Positions 15,272 through 25,208 of a stretch of DNA of 56,981 nt are shown here, piece after piece. Numbering within the stretch: position 1 is the stretch's first letter; each line of letters opens with the position of its first letter. The position numbers and the translations under genes are program-made. Origin of the DNA: an uncultured Candidatus Saccharibacteria bacterium (GTDB taxonomy: Bacteria; Patescibacteriota; Minisyncoccia; Phycocordibacterales; UBA2163); contig CAZNQQ010000002.1 in the NCBI GenBank assembly GCA_964575575.1, positions 1-56,981 of the forward strand. Direction: 5' to 3'. Under the pieces are notes generated by a model that was given only the letters and a program-made list of their open reading frames with translations, searched no databases and was not told the origin of the DNA.

Positions 15272-16435
15272 TTACTCATGAAACTTTTTTTGTATAGCTG
15301 GATTTATTGTTGCCAAAATTTTAGCAATCTTCTTTCCTGTATTTTCTTTATAATATATATCGTCTTTATTATATCTACCAATTTTGATCTGTCCTCGCAC
15401 AGCTTTTTTAATATCATCTTTATTATGCTTATTTACATCAACAACATTGCTTCCTCGCATCCTTCCGTTTTGCCTACTACCGATATTAACAGATGGTATC
15501 CCAAGATACGAACATTCTTTTATACCAGAAGATGAATTCCCCACAACACAAAGTGTATTTTTCAGTAAACCTGTAAATTCTTCAGGTGGTAAATATTTAA
15601 TAAAACGTATATGTTTTGGATTATTGTTTTCTCTAAAAGCACGGATTGCTTTTGACACTTCATCAGCACCAGCGTCAACGTTTGGCCAGAACCAGATAGT
15701 TGGTATTTTAAGTTCGTGTATAGCATTGAGTATCTCTAAAGTATGTTTTCTATTTTTTCCATATTCTGTAGTAACAGGATGATTTAATACTAAAAGATAT
15801 GGTTTGTTTATATCAATAGAATCTCCTACTCCGAAATGATTGACGAGTTTGTTATGAGCCTTATAATTATTTTTTGCTATAAATTCTATATCCGGAGAAC
15901 CTACATTGAATACATAGTCTGAATGTTCCCCCATTTTTATTATTCTGTCTTTAGATAAATCATTTGTTGAAAAATGAATATGTGACAATTTAGTAATTGC
16001 ATGTCGTACACTCTCGTCTATTGTTCCTGACAAATCACCACCTTCAATATGTGCAATTGGAATATTTAAATATGACGCAGTCAAAGCAACCGCAAGCATT
16101 TCGTATCTGTCACCACGTATAATAACAACGTCAGGTTCAAGATTCTCAAATACTGTCGCAAATTCTGTAATACCAATACCAGCTGTTTTTGCCATAGCAG
16201 TAGGGCTTCCACCCGCTAAAGTCATAATGATTTTAGCGCTACATTTAAAGCCGTCTTTTTCCATTATAGAAAGCACGTCACCGTATTCTGGCAGAAGAGC
16301 GGAAGCACCAACTATGATTTGGAGCTCTACGTCTTTGCGTTTTTTCAATTCCTCCAAAAGAATCTTATTCCTACCATAGTGAATCACTGAAGTAATCACA
16401 AAGCATATTTTTCTTTTTTTCTTAATAGTTGTCAT
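15272..16435 (-). CDS. neuC: Hydrolysing UDP-N-acetylglucosamine 2-epimerase (NeuC/LegG type)
   Basis: 387 aa. Shows HIEGGDLSGTIDESVRHAITKLSHIHF and VGNSSSGIKE. Confidence 0.85.
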   Translation of the reverse strand: MTTIKKKRKICFVITSVIHYGRNKILLEELKKRKDVELQIIVGASALLPEYGDVLSIMEKDGFKCSAKIIMTLAGGSPTAMAKTAGIGITEFATVFENLEPDVVIIRGDRYEMLAVALTASYLNIPIAHIEGGDLSGTIDESVRHAITKLSHIHFSTNDLSKDRIIKMGEHSDYVFNVGSPDIEFIAKNNYKAHNKLVNHFGVGDSIDINKPYLLVLNHPVTTEYGKNRKHTLEILNAIHELKIPTIWFWPNVDAGADEVSKAIRAFRENNNPKHIRFIKYLPPEEFTGLLKNTLCVVGNSSSGIKECSYLGIPSVNIGSRQNGRMRGSNVVDVNKHNKDDIKKAVRGQIKIGRYNKDDIYYKENTGKKIAKILATINPAIQKKFHE

Positions 16436-16442
16436 AATTTTA

Positions 16443-17546
16443 CTATTCTAGCACATCGAGTATTATTGGATCATATTTTTTAATACTCTTTTTTATTTTT
16501 CTACCGACCACTTCATCAAATTTTTCTGAAGGCAATCCTTTTGCATACATTTTCGGGCGCATAGCGAACACCATATCTTTTGTTATAACAGTTCCTTCAG
16601 GGATATCACACCCCGCCATAAGCGACTTGTTAAAATATGGCCTAAATTTATTGTCAGCACCTTCAAGTTCCTTTTCTTTATTTCCATAAAACGGAGCTTC
16701 GTTGATGTCTTTGTATCTATGACTTTTTATTGCACTAACCATCGATTTCATCTCTTCTGGCGTCATTGAAACTTTGTGGTCCGAACCCCATAAATCTCGT
16801 GATAGAGAAAAATGTTTTTCTATTATACTCGCACCAAGCTTTACTGCAGCGAGAGAAATATCGTAACCCACAGAGTGATCAGAAAAACCTACTGTAATAT
16901 CTGGATATTTTTCTTTTAATTTCTCTATTGTACTCAAATTAAAATAATCAGACGAAGCAGGATACTGACTAATACAGTAAAGCAAAGCTACTGGAGCATT
17001 TTTTGATTGTAAATATTTAACTGTTTCATCAAGCTCATCAAAACTCACCATACCGTTTGAGATAATGATGGGCTTCCCTGTGCTCGCTAGATAATCAAGT
17101 GTTGGATAATCTTGTGCATCACCTGAACCAACTTTCCAAAATGGTACGTCAACTTTTTGAAGTTTTTGTGCTGCCTTTTTACTCATTGGAGTTGAGAAAA
17201 AGATTATTCCTTTTTCGTCACAATATTTTTTCAGTGGCTTTATAAAAGTTTCAAGCGGGGTTGCATTTGTGTTTCTAGTTACCCAGCTATACCTATCACT
17301 CCCTTTAAAATGCGGAGACACTATGTTGATATTAAGTTGTTCATCTTCAACTTCATGTGTTTGAAATTTCACAGCATCAGCACCTGCTTCTACTGCCGCA
17401 TCTACCAAGTCTTTCGCATTCTGTAGATACTCTTCAACAGAGCGATTATCTTCGCTTTGAATAAAATTCTTACCTATTTCTGCAATCACAAAAACATAGT
17501 CTTTATCAAGTAAATTAGCTGTATTTTTTGTATTTATTGAAATCAT
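16443..17546 (-). CDS. neuB: NeuB-family nonulosonic acid synthase (divergent) with C-terminal SAF domain
   Basis: 367 aa. Shows FVIAEIGKNF, GADAVKFQTH, KVGSGD, FSDHS, and a C-terminal SAF-like block DIPEGTVITKDMVFAMRP. The N-terminal motif differs from the canonical AEIGxNHNG. Confidence 0.75.
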   Translation of the reverse strand: MISINTKNTANLLDKDYVFVIAEIGKNFIQSEDNRSVEEYLQNAKDLVDAAVEAGADAVKFQTHEVEDEQLNINIVSPHFKGSDRYSWVTRNTNATPLETFIKPLKKYCDEKGIIFFSTPMSKKAAQKLQKVDVPFWKVGSGDAQDYPTLDYLASTGKPIIISNGMVSFDELDETVKYLQSKNAPVALLYCISQYPASSDYFNLSTIEKLKEKYPDITVGFSDHSVGYDISLAAVKLGASIIEKHFSLSRDLWGSDHKVSMTPEEMKSMVSAIKSHRYKDINEAPFYGNKEKELEGADNKFRPYFNKSLMAGCDIPEGTVITKDMVFAMRPKMYAKGLPSEKFDEVVGRKIKKSIKKYDPIILDVLE

Positions 17547-17608
17547 TTGTATTTAATATGTTGTGCTTTATACAACCAATATAAGCCAAAAAAGTGACTA
17601 TTTTAGCA

Positions 17609-18706
17609 TTATCTCGGATTTGGCCTATCTTGGTCGCAATCACCGCGAGTTATGTAAAAATAGCTATATTCTGCCGTACCAAGACTTTTAATATCTTCAT
17701 CTATAATTTTAAATGCAAAGTTTGTTGAACGACGTTTATGGTCTATCGGACTGAAAAGATATGGTACAAATACATAGGGCTCTTTGTTGGTTTCCTCAAA
17801 CCCCACACTTCCAAGCGCGCTATTATAAAAATCTCCAGTAAAAGAAAAGTCTACTAGACATGCTTTTCTTTCAGCAAACCATTCACATACTGCTGTGAAC
17901 ATAAATTCTTCTATCTCGTCTTCTGATGCAAAATCAACTATACGTCCAACCATGTACTCTCCCGACTCTTCCAATCTTAGGACAGCAAACGCTTTTATTT
18001 TATTATCTTTTTTTGCAACAAAAAGTTTATAGTCAAAAATTGGGTGGTTAGCATATCGCCAATTTAAATATTTACTATTTCTATTTACTGCGACTTTGTA
18101 TTTATTTCTCACACTTCCCCAAAAACTATCTACGTCCTTATTAAATAAATTAATTTGTAAAAACTCAAACTCACCTTTCTTAGATAAATTTTTTGTCTCA
18201 TCAAACACCAAACCTTCTTTACTAATCATTTTTTTAACTTTTTCTGCATCAAATATTTTTACAAATCTACGAACTAGCATCTGCTCTTGCTTATCAGTAT
18301 GAATTTGCCAACCATTTTTATCAAAAAGTTTTTCAAGTGCTAGCTTATAAGATGTAGTGTAAGCAATCTGTGAATCCTTGAGCGCAACATCCAACATCTC
18401 ATGCCCAAATCCTTTAGAGTGAAGTACTTCCTCTGTCTGCCAATTAGCAAGACATACTCCATAAATATCTTTCCCGAAATAATTAAAAGAAAGTGGAATA
18501 ACACCAAGAAATCCCATTATTTTTTCTTTTATTTTAATAATAAATATATTTATGCCTGATATTTTTGAAAAAGGAGTTTTGTACTGCCAGTTAACAAATT
18601 CTTTGTTAGTTAAAATATAACGATCATGAAACCAACCTCCAACAAAAGCAACAAACTGCGCCCAATCTTTCTCATCTAGTAATTTTATATATTTTTTGAG
18701 TTCCAT
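17609..18706 (-). CDS. Two-lobed GNAT-fold (FemAB/Acetyltransf_6-like) acyltransferase candidate
   Basis: ORF track 17609..18751. Start moved to MELKKYIK (ATG at 18706), 1 nt after the ACP stop. The internal repeat of a beta-alpha pattern (FGHEMLD... and VGRIVDF...) is compatible with tandem acyl-CoA N-acyltransferase folds. The family call is weak. Confidence 0.45.
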   Translation of the reverse strand: MELKKYIKLLDEKDWAQFVAFVGGWFHDRYILTNKEFVNWQYKTPFSKISGINIFIIKIKEKIMGFLGVIPLSFNYFGKDIYGVCLANWQTEEVLHSKGFGHEMLDVALKDSQIAYTTSYKLALEKLFDKNGWQIHTDKQEQMLVRRFVKIFDAEKVKKMISKEGLVFDETKNLSKKGEFEFLQINLFNKDVDSFWGSVRNKYKVAVNRNSKYLNWRYANHPIFDYKLFVAKKDNKIKAFAVLRLEESGEYMVGRIVDFASEDEIEEFMFTAVCEWFAERKACLVDFSFTGDFYNSALGSVGFEETNKEPYVFVPYLFSPIDHKRRSTNFAFKIIDEDIKSLGTAEYSYFYITRGDCDQDRPNPR

Positions 18707-18707
18707 T

Positions 18708-18932
18708 CTATAAAACTTTATGTTTTTTAAGTATAGATTTAATATCGCCAATATTTTTTATAGCAATCACTTCTTCGATATCAAATTTAACATTAAAATT
18801 TTTCTCAAGTTCTGACACAAGCAAAAGACCATTGAAAGAATCCCACTGGCCAGTATTTTCTGGGCTTGTATCATCATTTATTTTATCTGGATCAATATTT
18901 AATATTTTTCCAACTGTTTCTTCTACTGTCAT
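18708..18932 (-). CDS. Acyl carrier protein
   Basis: 74 aa. The phosphopantetheine-attachment context is GQWDSFNGLLLVSELE, within an acidic four-helix-like sequence. Confidence 0.75.
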   Translation of the reverse strand: MTVEETVGKILNIDPDKINDDTSPENTGQWDSFNGLLLVSELEKNFNVKFDIEEVIAIKNIGDIKSILKKHKVL

Positions 18933-18940
18933 GATTAAGT

Positions 18941-20623
18941 TTAATTTAATTCTATAAAACTAGGTGTCTTAAAATCGCGTGTTATATGATACTCATATAT
19001 ATGTATTTTATCGCTTTTTGAGACTTCTTTGAAGCCAATATCTGCAAAAAACGTCTCACTTGGCTTGTTTTTCTGTGTTGGAATGAATTTCCCTACAATA
19101 GTTGATATATTTTCTTTTTTTGCATTATCCAATATATAACCAAACAATACTTCCTCAACTTTCCTTCCCAAAATCCTACAGCTAAGTAAAAATGTATCTA
19201 TATTCCATATATCTCCTTTAGGCTCTAATATAACAACCCCGACTATGCCATAGTCACCAAACTTATCACTTGCTTCAAGTGTCCAGATTTTCCAGCCTTT
19301 CTTAACAAAATTCTTAATATCATCTTCAGAATATCTTCTTGTAGTTAGGTTAAATTGATTCGTCTTTTGAGTTAACTGACTAGTTCGCGGAATCGTCTCT
19401 TTGGAAACTTCTTTAATTTTAACTTTTAGTTCTAGTGTTCTTAGATAATCGTCTACATCTATAGACGAGAATTTCAATTCATTTCTCTTTTTCTCATCTT
19501 TATACATTTGACTTCTTTTTTTATCCTCTTCTGTAATACCCTTTGATGAAAAACCTGTATATGTATTCAAACGATTTATAGGCACAACTGCAATCTCTGG
19601 AAATGAACTTCGTATTAAGTCCTGCTCAAAAGCGCTGTCATCGACAAATACAAAACTGTCCATACCCAAGTTAAGTTCGTCTGCCAGTTCGCGCATGTTG
19701 GTTGCTTTGTCATTCCAATTTATACGATGAGCGGCAAAATGTTTTCCTTTAAGTATCATGTCTTTGTTATTATCTATCGCGTCATATGCATCTTTTTCAT
19801 TGTTTTTACTATTTATTGCAAGAAGTACCCCTTTGTCATATAAACTTAGAATATATTTTTGAAAATCTACATCTGGCACAATGCCATCCACACCATCTTC
19901 GCCTACTATCCCCTTCCAAAGAGTATTATCTAAATCAAGTACAAGACATTTTTTTGTCACACCAGTCTTCACTACTACATATTCTGCAAATACTTCCGAA
20001 AGTGCTGGAAATGCATCTACAGCAAGACGTATGTCTCCCAATTCTGTAAACTTTGTATACCAATATTTATCTTTTCCAATTTTCTTTAGAAAATCCTCAA
20101 AATTAAATACGGAAAAATTTTTATATTCATTAACAATTTTCTTAAGAATTTTATTTAACTCTTCTACTCTCATCTCATCAACTGTATTACCATATTCTTT
20201 TGGTGATACTACAAAATTTGAAAATATTATTTTTGCATTGGTATTTAGAGAAAGAGAACTGACTAAATCTTCTATATGCTTATTGTCTCTAATATCTCTT
20301 GCATCAACTAAAACATAGACTATATCTGGGTTGAATTTATACAAGCCACTCCCATTATCCAAGATTTCCTGTGTAAATTGATTATATGGAGCATTATATG
20401 TGTCAACAAATACGTTATGAAATAATGCGTTTGAAGAAAACACCTCTGACAAACCCTGCACTGTAAAACTGCTCAGAAACGCGACTTTTGTCTTTCGCAT
20501 ATATTGTGGAATCTTGTTTTTAATATTCTTTAAATCTTTTCCCATCAAAATATAATCACCCACCGAGGCAGACTTATCGGAATAAAGATTACTTACTTTG
20601 TGTTGTATTTCTTTAAGCTCCAT
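18941..20623 (-). CDS. FkbH-like HAD-IIIC phosphatase/ACP-loading enzyme with C-terminal GNAT-like domain
   Basis: 560 aa. Shows CLVLDLDNTLWKGIVGEDG (DxDxT HAD motif in the FkbH context), INSKNNE, FVDDS, and a C-terminal FGDYGIVGVVIL...LLSCRILGRKVEE. Confidence 0.8.
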   Translation of the reverse strand: MELKEIQHKVSNLYSDKSASVGDYILMGKDLKNIKNKIPQYMRKTKVAFLSSFTVQGLSEVFSSNALFHNVFVDTYNAPYNQFTQEILDNGSGLYKFNPDIVYVLVDARDIRDNKHIEDLVSSLSLNTNAKIIFSNFVVSPKEYGNTVDEMRVEELNKILKKIVNEYKNFSVFNFEDFLKKIGKDKYWYTKFTELGDIRLAVDAFPALSEVFAEYVVVKTGVTKKCLVLDLDNTLWKGIVGEDGVDGIVPDVDFQKYILSLYDKGVLLAINSKNNEKDAYDAIDNNKDMILKGKHFAAHRINWNDKATNMRELADELNLGMDSFVFVDDSAFEQDLIRSSFPEIAVVPINRLNTYTGFSSKGITEEDKKRSQMYKDEKKRNELKFSSIDVDDYLRTLELKVKIKEVSKETIPRTSQLTQKTNQFNLTTRRYSEDDIKNFVKKGWKIWTLEASDKFGDYGIVGVVILEPKGDIWNIDTFLLSCRILGRKVEEVLFGYILDNAKKENISTIVGKFIPTQKNKPSETFFADIGFKEVSKSDKIHIYEYHITRDFKTPSFIELN

Positions 20624-20624
20624 A

Positions 20625-21581
20625 TTATTTAATATTACTTTGATTAAGAAAATCTTTTATATCGTTTGTATCGTATCGTGGAATAGTAAGAGGATTGTCA
20701 TTTTCTCTAACATCATGTGGTTCTGTTGTAACAGCGTATTCAATACCTTCTTTATTTAAAACTTCAAACATACCATTCAAGTCTTTGCCCAGACGACCAT
20801 AAGGATAACAAAATATATTTGGCTTTTTTGCAAAAAGTTCTGTTAATTGTTTTTGTGAATCTGATAATTCTTTTTTCATCTCATGGACTGAGATACTATC
20901 AAATGCTGGGTGGTTGTTAGTATGGTTACCTAAAATAAAACCCACGCTAAACAACTTCTTAGCTTCTTCTATGCTCATAAAAAATTCTTCTATGAGCTTT
21001 TGTTCATCCAAATCATATTCTTTGAAAAGCCATTTGAAAAATTCTTTCTGCTTACCAAGATCAAGCTGTGACAGAGCTTCTTTAAAATTTTTTATTGATA
21101 CTTTTTTTTCATGTCTTCGTTTTTCTGTAATCGCTATATCTTCGGATATGCGCAATTCTTCAGCGTCACCTTTAAGATATGTGTCAACATATTTGTTGAA
21201 TGTATTTATAAGTTCTTCTGGTACTTTTATAGATAAAAGTATATGAATCTTATGTGCAGTCGGTATATAGCCCTCGTATATTCCACTTATAATAAAAAAA
21301 GTTGCAATTGCTCTATATTTTTGCAAAATCGGTAATGCGTTTTCATACTGATCCTTTAGTCCATCATCAAAGGTAATAGCGCACACTCTTTCATCGCTCC
21401 CCTTACTCGCCTCATTGTATACTTCTTCTATAGAAGCAAAACGGTAATGTTCAGACAAAAAACGTATTTGGCGTTCAAATTCATCAACCGAACATGGGAA
21501 AATACCCCGACGCTTATCGCTTGGATTTTCTACATAATGATATGTAATAGCAATATGTTTATTGTCTAGAGAAAAATTCAT
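20625..21581 (-). CDS. Polysaccharide deacetylase (NodB homology domain)
   Basis: 318 aa. Shows ITFDDGLKDQYENALPILQKYRAIATFFI, GNHTNNH and YPYG. Confidence 0.8.
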   Translation of the reverse strand: MNFSLDNKHIAITYHYVENPSDKRRGIFPCSVDEFERQIRFLSEHYRFASIEEVYNEASKGSDERVCAITFDDGLKDQYENALPILQKYRAIATFFIISGIYEGYIPTAHKIHILLSIKVPEELINTFNKYVDTYLKGDAEELRISEDIAITEKRRHEKKVSIKNFKEALSQLDLGKQKEFFKWLFKEYDLDEQKLIEEFFMSIEEAKKLFSVGFILGNHTNNHPAFDSISVHEMKKELSDSQKQLTELFAKKPNIFCYPYGRLGKDLNGMFEVLNKEGIEYAVTTEPHDVRENDNPLTIPRYDTNDIKDFLNQSNIK

Positions 21582-21584
21582 AGA

Positions 21585-21920
21585 TTATTTAGCAACCATC
21601 GCTACAGCGACAGCTACTCCCGCATCATGGCTTATACTAACCTCTATTTTATGTGTTTTTTTTATTTTTAACACAATTTCTGGCTTACCTTCGTCATTAT
21701 GGACAACTTCAATAAGATCGTATCGTTTCATTATATCATTGCCGACCGCCTTCATTACAGCCTCTTTAGAAGCAAAAATGCCAGCAAGATGCATTGCTGA
21801 ATTTACTCCTTTGAAACAATATTTCCATTCACTCTTTGTGAAGACTTTTTCCCATGAAGAATAATCATTCTCTGAAATCTTTTCAAACCTATTTATATCT
21901 GTAATATCAACACCAATCAT
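21585..21920 (-). CDS. acpS: Holo-ACP synthase (4'-phosphopantetheinyl transferase, AcpS type)
   Basis: ORF track 21585..22031. The AcpS-like sequence starts at MIGVDITDINRFEK (ATG at 21920), 1 nt after the upstream stop. Also shows FASKEAVMKA and ISHDAGVAVA. Confidence 0.8.
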   Translation of the reverse strand: MIGVDITDINRFEKISENDYSSWEKVFTKSEWKYCFKGVNSAMHLAGIFASKEAVMKAVGNDIMKRYDLIEVVHNDEGKPEIVLKIKKTHKIEVSISHDAGVAVAVAMVAK

Positions 21921-21921
21921 G

Positions 21922-22734
21922 TTATTTATATGCAACCAAAAAATGTGCTTGGGCAAATAATTTATTTGTTTTATATGGATACTTCTGAAACAAGCTTCGA
22001 GCCTTAAGAACAGCTTTGTTAAATTTTGCAATTTTTTTGTCTAACTTAATAGAAAGCGGTGCATATATCGGAAGCGGACATACATAGATAATTTCAACTT
22101 TTTTAAATCCAGCCTTAAGTGCAGATTGTTTATATTCTTTTGCTGTTAAAGAATTTCTATAATAATCTTTTCTCATCTCAACATCTTTACGTAAAACTTT
22201 TCTCTTAATAAATTTCATAATTTTATTAAGGAATTGTATTGAAAACTTTTTTGGTATATTCAGCGAAATCATTACACCACCATCTGTAAGTACTCTGTAC
22301 TGCTCTTTGAACAATTCATCAACACTCTCAAAATGCTCGGCAAGGCCTATAGATATTGTAGCGTCAAATTTATTATCCGGAAGACCTGTCTTGAGTGCGT
22401 CTTTTACACAAAACTCTGCTTTTTCTTTATATTTATTAAATTCTTTTTTTGCAATTTCAATCGCATCGGGAACACTGTCTAGAAGTGTAGTGTCTAGATT
22501 TAAATATTTTTTTATATATAGCGACATTGTTCCTCTACCACACCCTATTTCAAGCACACTATTTGCATTAACCTTTTTTAAAATATTTTTTGCAAATAAA
22601 AAGTAATAATACAAATCAAGCTGTCGTTGTGTTATTGGTACACCCCCAACATCGACAAAAATAGATTTTTCGTCAGAATCTTTTGTATTTTTTTCGGCAA
22701 TATTTGCCCATTTTGAAGAAAATGAATAGGACAT
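21922..22734 (-). CDS. Class I SAM-dependent methyltransferase
   Basis: 270 aa. Shows VLEIGCGRGTMSLYI and DATISIGLAEHF. Confidence 0.8.
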   Translation of the reverse strand: MSYSFSSKWANIAEKNTKDSDEKSIFVDVGGVPITQRQLDLYYYFLFAKNILKKVNANSVLEIGCGRGTMSLYIKKYLNLDTTLLDSVPDAIEIAKKEFNKYKEKAEFCVKDALKTGLPDNKFDATISIGLAEHFESVDELFKEQYRVLTDGGVMISLNIPKKFSIQFLNKIMKFIKRKVLRKDVEMRKDYYRNSLTAKEYKQSALKAGFKKVEIIYVCPLPIYAPLSIKLDKKIAKFNKAVLKARSLFQKYPYKTNKLFAQAHFLVAYK

Positions 22735-22735
22735 A

Positions 22736-24124
22736 TTATATATTACTCAAAACAACATCGGCTAATCTTCTGCTGGCCATACCGTCACCCTTATAACACA
22801 ATGTTTCAAATGCTTTCATACGTGCTTCTTTTTCATATTCAGGGTTATGTAAATATCTATTTATATTTGATGTTAATTCATCTTTATCTGACACAAGCTT
22901 AATAGCGCCGTATTCTAACAACGGTTTATAATGCTCATGCATATACATTACATAAGAAATATCATTTCCTTCTTTGTCATAGAGCCCATTAAATGCAGTG
23001 TTTATAACAGGCTTATCACAACACAAAGCATCCAAAACCAATGTTGAACAAAGGGATATAATAACATCCGCGTGATAAATGGTGTTTACAAATTTTATAA
23101 TCTCAGGAGTTGTAGCATCAAAATTATCACGGAAAAATTCAGAAAAAGTATAATTATCATCAACGATCACATTTTTTCTATCTTTTAAGTAGTGGAATCT
23201 CTTCTTAACAGCATCTGTAAAATGTGAACGAATAAATAAATTAGCTGGCATATCAAGTTTGTTGTTTTCTATAGTATCAACAAGCAATTCACACACATTA
23301 TTATCATCAGGAGTCCACATACCAGACGATCCCCAGAAAATTAATTTTTTGGTTGGGTCATCAAGGCCGATTGATTTGAAAAAATCTTCTCTTGATAACA
23401 AAATATTTTTTCTTTCATATAAATCAAATTGTGGGAAACCTATAACAACTATATTTTGTGGTTTTATATTTTGACAACGTATTGCGTCACTCTTCATTAC
23501 TTCATTTTGTACGACCAAAATATCTGGAACAACTCTGTAGAAAGTGGTTGCGACATTGTCCCATCCTCGTGGCATACCTACAGTTCTTACACCTCTCTTT
23601 CGAGCTTCTTTTAAAATATCTACATCAAAACTAGATATAATAGATGTTGAGAAAACAACATCAGGATTATATTTATCAAAATACTTTTCACACCAACTAC
23701 TTGAAAATATTTTCTGCTCAACCAGACGAGTAGCTGATTTAAGTATGTGCATTCTACTTATAACGCCAAAGAAAATATTTTCAGCAAACAATAAGATTTC
23801 CCCTGCAACAGTTCTTTTACCACGTCTTAAATAACGTAATTTTCTATCCGTTTTGTTATACACAAGTAATCGACTTAACGTCCAAAATTTCCTGCGAAAT
23901 TTATTTTTATAAGGGAAAGACACAACTTCAATATCTACATCCACATCTTTAAATTCATCTACTAGATACTGTGGTAATTCTTTTCCACGAATATCAGAAA
24001 AGAGTAAAACAACTTTTGCTTTATTTTCTTTAAGATAATCCAAAAAACCTGTCCTCAAAATATTACGGACGCCAAAACCTCTTGAAATTGTAATGAATAC
24101 TGTTTTATGTTTTTTATCGTTCAT
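22736..24124 (-). CDS. Uncharacterised GT-B-like transferase (TagF/capsule-type); paralog of 43280..44674
   Basis: ORF track 22736..24160. MNDKKHKTVFITISRGFGVRNIL aligns with MNTRKTIIITIIRGMMARNLL of the paralog. Shared blocks: VGMPRGWDN/VGMPKSWDN, IGFPQFD/IGIPQFD, IRSHF/IRPHF, YHADVIISLCSTLVLDALCCDKPVI/YHADVVVNVASTIALDAMALDRPVI. Confidence 0.5.
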   Translation of the reverse strand: MNDKKHKTVFITISRGFGVRNILRTGFLDYLKENKAKVVLLFSDIRGKELPQYLVDEFKDVDVDIEVVSFPYKNKFRRKFWTLSRLLVYNKTDRKLRYLRRGKRTVAGEILLFAENIFFGVISRMHILKSATRLVEQKIFSSSWCEKYFDKYNPDVVFSTSIISSFDVDILKEARKRGVRTVGMPRGWDNVATTFYRVVPDILVVQNEVMKSDAIRCQNIKPQNIVVIGFPQFDLYERKNILLSREDFFKSIGLDDPTKKLIFWGSSGMWTPDDNNVCELLVDTIENNKLDMPANLFIRSHFTDAVKKRFHYLKDRKNVIVDDNYTFSEFFRDNFDATTPEIIKFVNTIYHADVIISLCSTLVLDALCCDKPVINTAFNGLYDKEGNDISYVMYMHEHYKPLLEYGAIKLVSDKDELTSNINRYLHNPEYEKEARMKAFETLCYKGDGMASRRLADVVLSNI

Positions 24125-24204
24125 GTTGAAATTAATGGAGAAACTTTGTACACTAAACACACGTTTGATTATATAACGACGTATATGTCGCTCAATATAA
24201 CACT

Positions 24205-25206
24205 ATGTATAACACCTTTCAAGGCAAAAACGTTCTAATTACTGGCGGAACCGGTTCGTTTGGCAAAAGTTTTGCAAAACATCTGCTAAAAAAATCAAAG
24301 CTCAAAAAGCTTGTTATATTTAGCCGTGATGAATTTAAACAACATCATCTTGCAAAAGAACTTAATGACGATAGGGTACGTTTTTTTCTAGGAGATATAC
24401 GGGATCAATCACGTCTTCACAGGGCTTTTAAAGATATTGATATAGTAATACATGCTGCTGCACTCAAACAAGTTCCGGCACTTGAATATAATCCAGACGA
24501 GGCTATAAAAACTAATGTAATTGGTACACAAAATGTCATTGAAGCAGCTGTGGATCAAAAAGTACCTAAGGTATTGCTTGTGTCTACAGACAAAGCCGCA
24601 GAACCAACCAATCTTTACGGCGCTTCAAAACTGTGCGCTGAAAAGCTTCTGATATCAGGAAATACATACGCACCCAAGAAAACTAGATTTTCAGTAGTGA
24701 GATATGGAAATGTAATAGGCAGTCGTGGAAGTATAGTTGAATCATTAATTGCTAATCCAGATACCAAGAAGGTAAATATCACCCACATGGATATGACAAG
24801 ATTTTGGATTACACTTGAACAAAGTTTTGATTTGGTTTTGTTTGCAATCAAAAATATGGTTGGTGGCGAGATATTTATACCAAAAATTCCAAGTATGAAA
24901 TTAGTTGACCTATTTGATGCAATGGCGCCAAACGCAAAAAAAGAAGTTGTCGGAATTAGACCTGGCGAAAAACTTCATGAAGCTCTGTTAACTAGCAACG
25001 AGGCGCGAACAGCAAAAGAACTGAGTAAATATTTTGTAATTCTACCTGAATCACATAACTGGTCAAAGAACAACCCTTATACAAAATACTCTAAACAAGG
25101 AAAAAAAGTGGCTTCTGATTTTGTGTTTAAAAGCGATACTAACGATAAATGGCTTTCAGTTAATGATTTCAATAAAATACTAATTAAATTTAAGAAACAA
25201 ATATAA
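24205..25206 (+). CDS. pseB: UDP-N-acetylglucosamine 4,6-dehydratase (inverting), PseB/FlaA1 type
   Basis: 333 aa. Shows NVLITGGTGSFGKSF, VIFSRDEFKQ, STDKAAEPTNLYGASK and VRYGNVIGSRGS. Confidence 0.85.
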   Translation: MYNTFQGKNVLITGGTGSFGKSFAKHLLKKSKLKKLVIFSRDEFKQHHLAKELNDDRVRFFLGDIRDQSRLHRAFKDIDIVIHAAALKQVPALEYNPDEAIKTNVIGTQNVIEAAVDQKVPKVLLVSTDKAAEPTNLYGASKLCAEKLLISGNTYAPKKTRFSVVRYGNVIGSRGSIVESLIANPDTKKVNITHMDMTRFWITLEQSFDLVLFAIKNMVGGEIFIPKIPSMKLVDLFDAMAPNAKKEVVGIRPGEKLHEALLTSNEARTAKELSKYFVILPESHNWSKNNPYTKYSKQGKKVASDFVFKSDTNDKWLSVNDFNKILIKFKKQI

Positions 25207-25208
25207 AT

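Noticed and set aside
21585-22031. N-terminal extensions proposed by the ORF track for four genes: 21585..22031, 17609..18751, 54380..55507 and 5126..5368
   Set aside because: The extensions overlap the upstream genes and add residues unrelated to the family. Internal Met codons placed 1-14 nt after the upstream stop give canonical N-termini: AcpS MIGVDITD, MELKKYIK, MKLLLVTQK and the signal peptide MKKSL.
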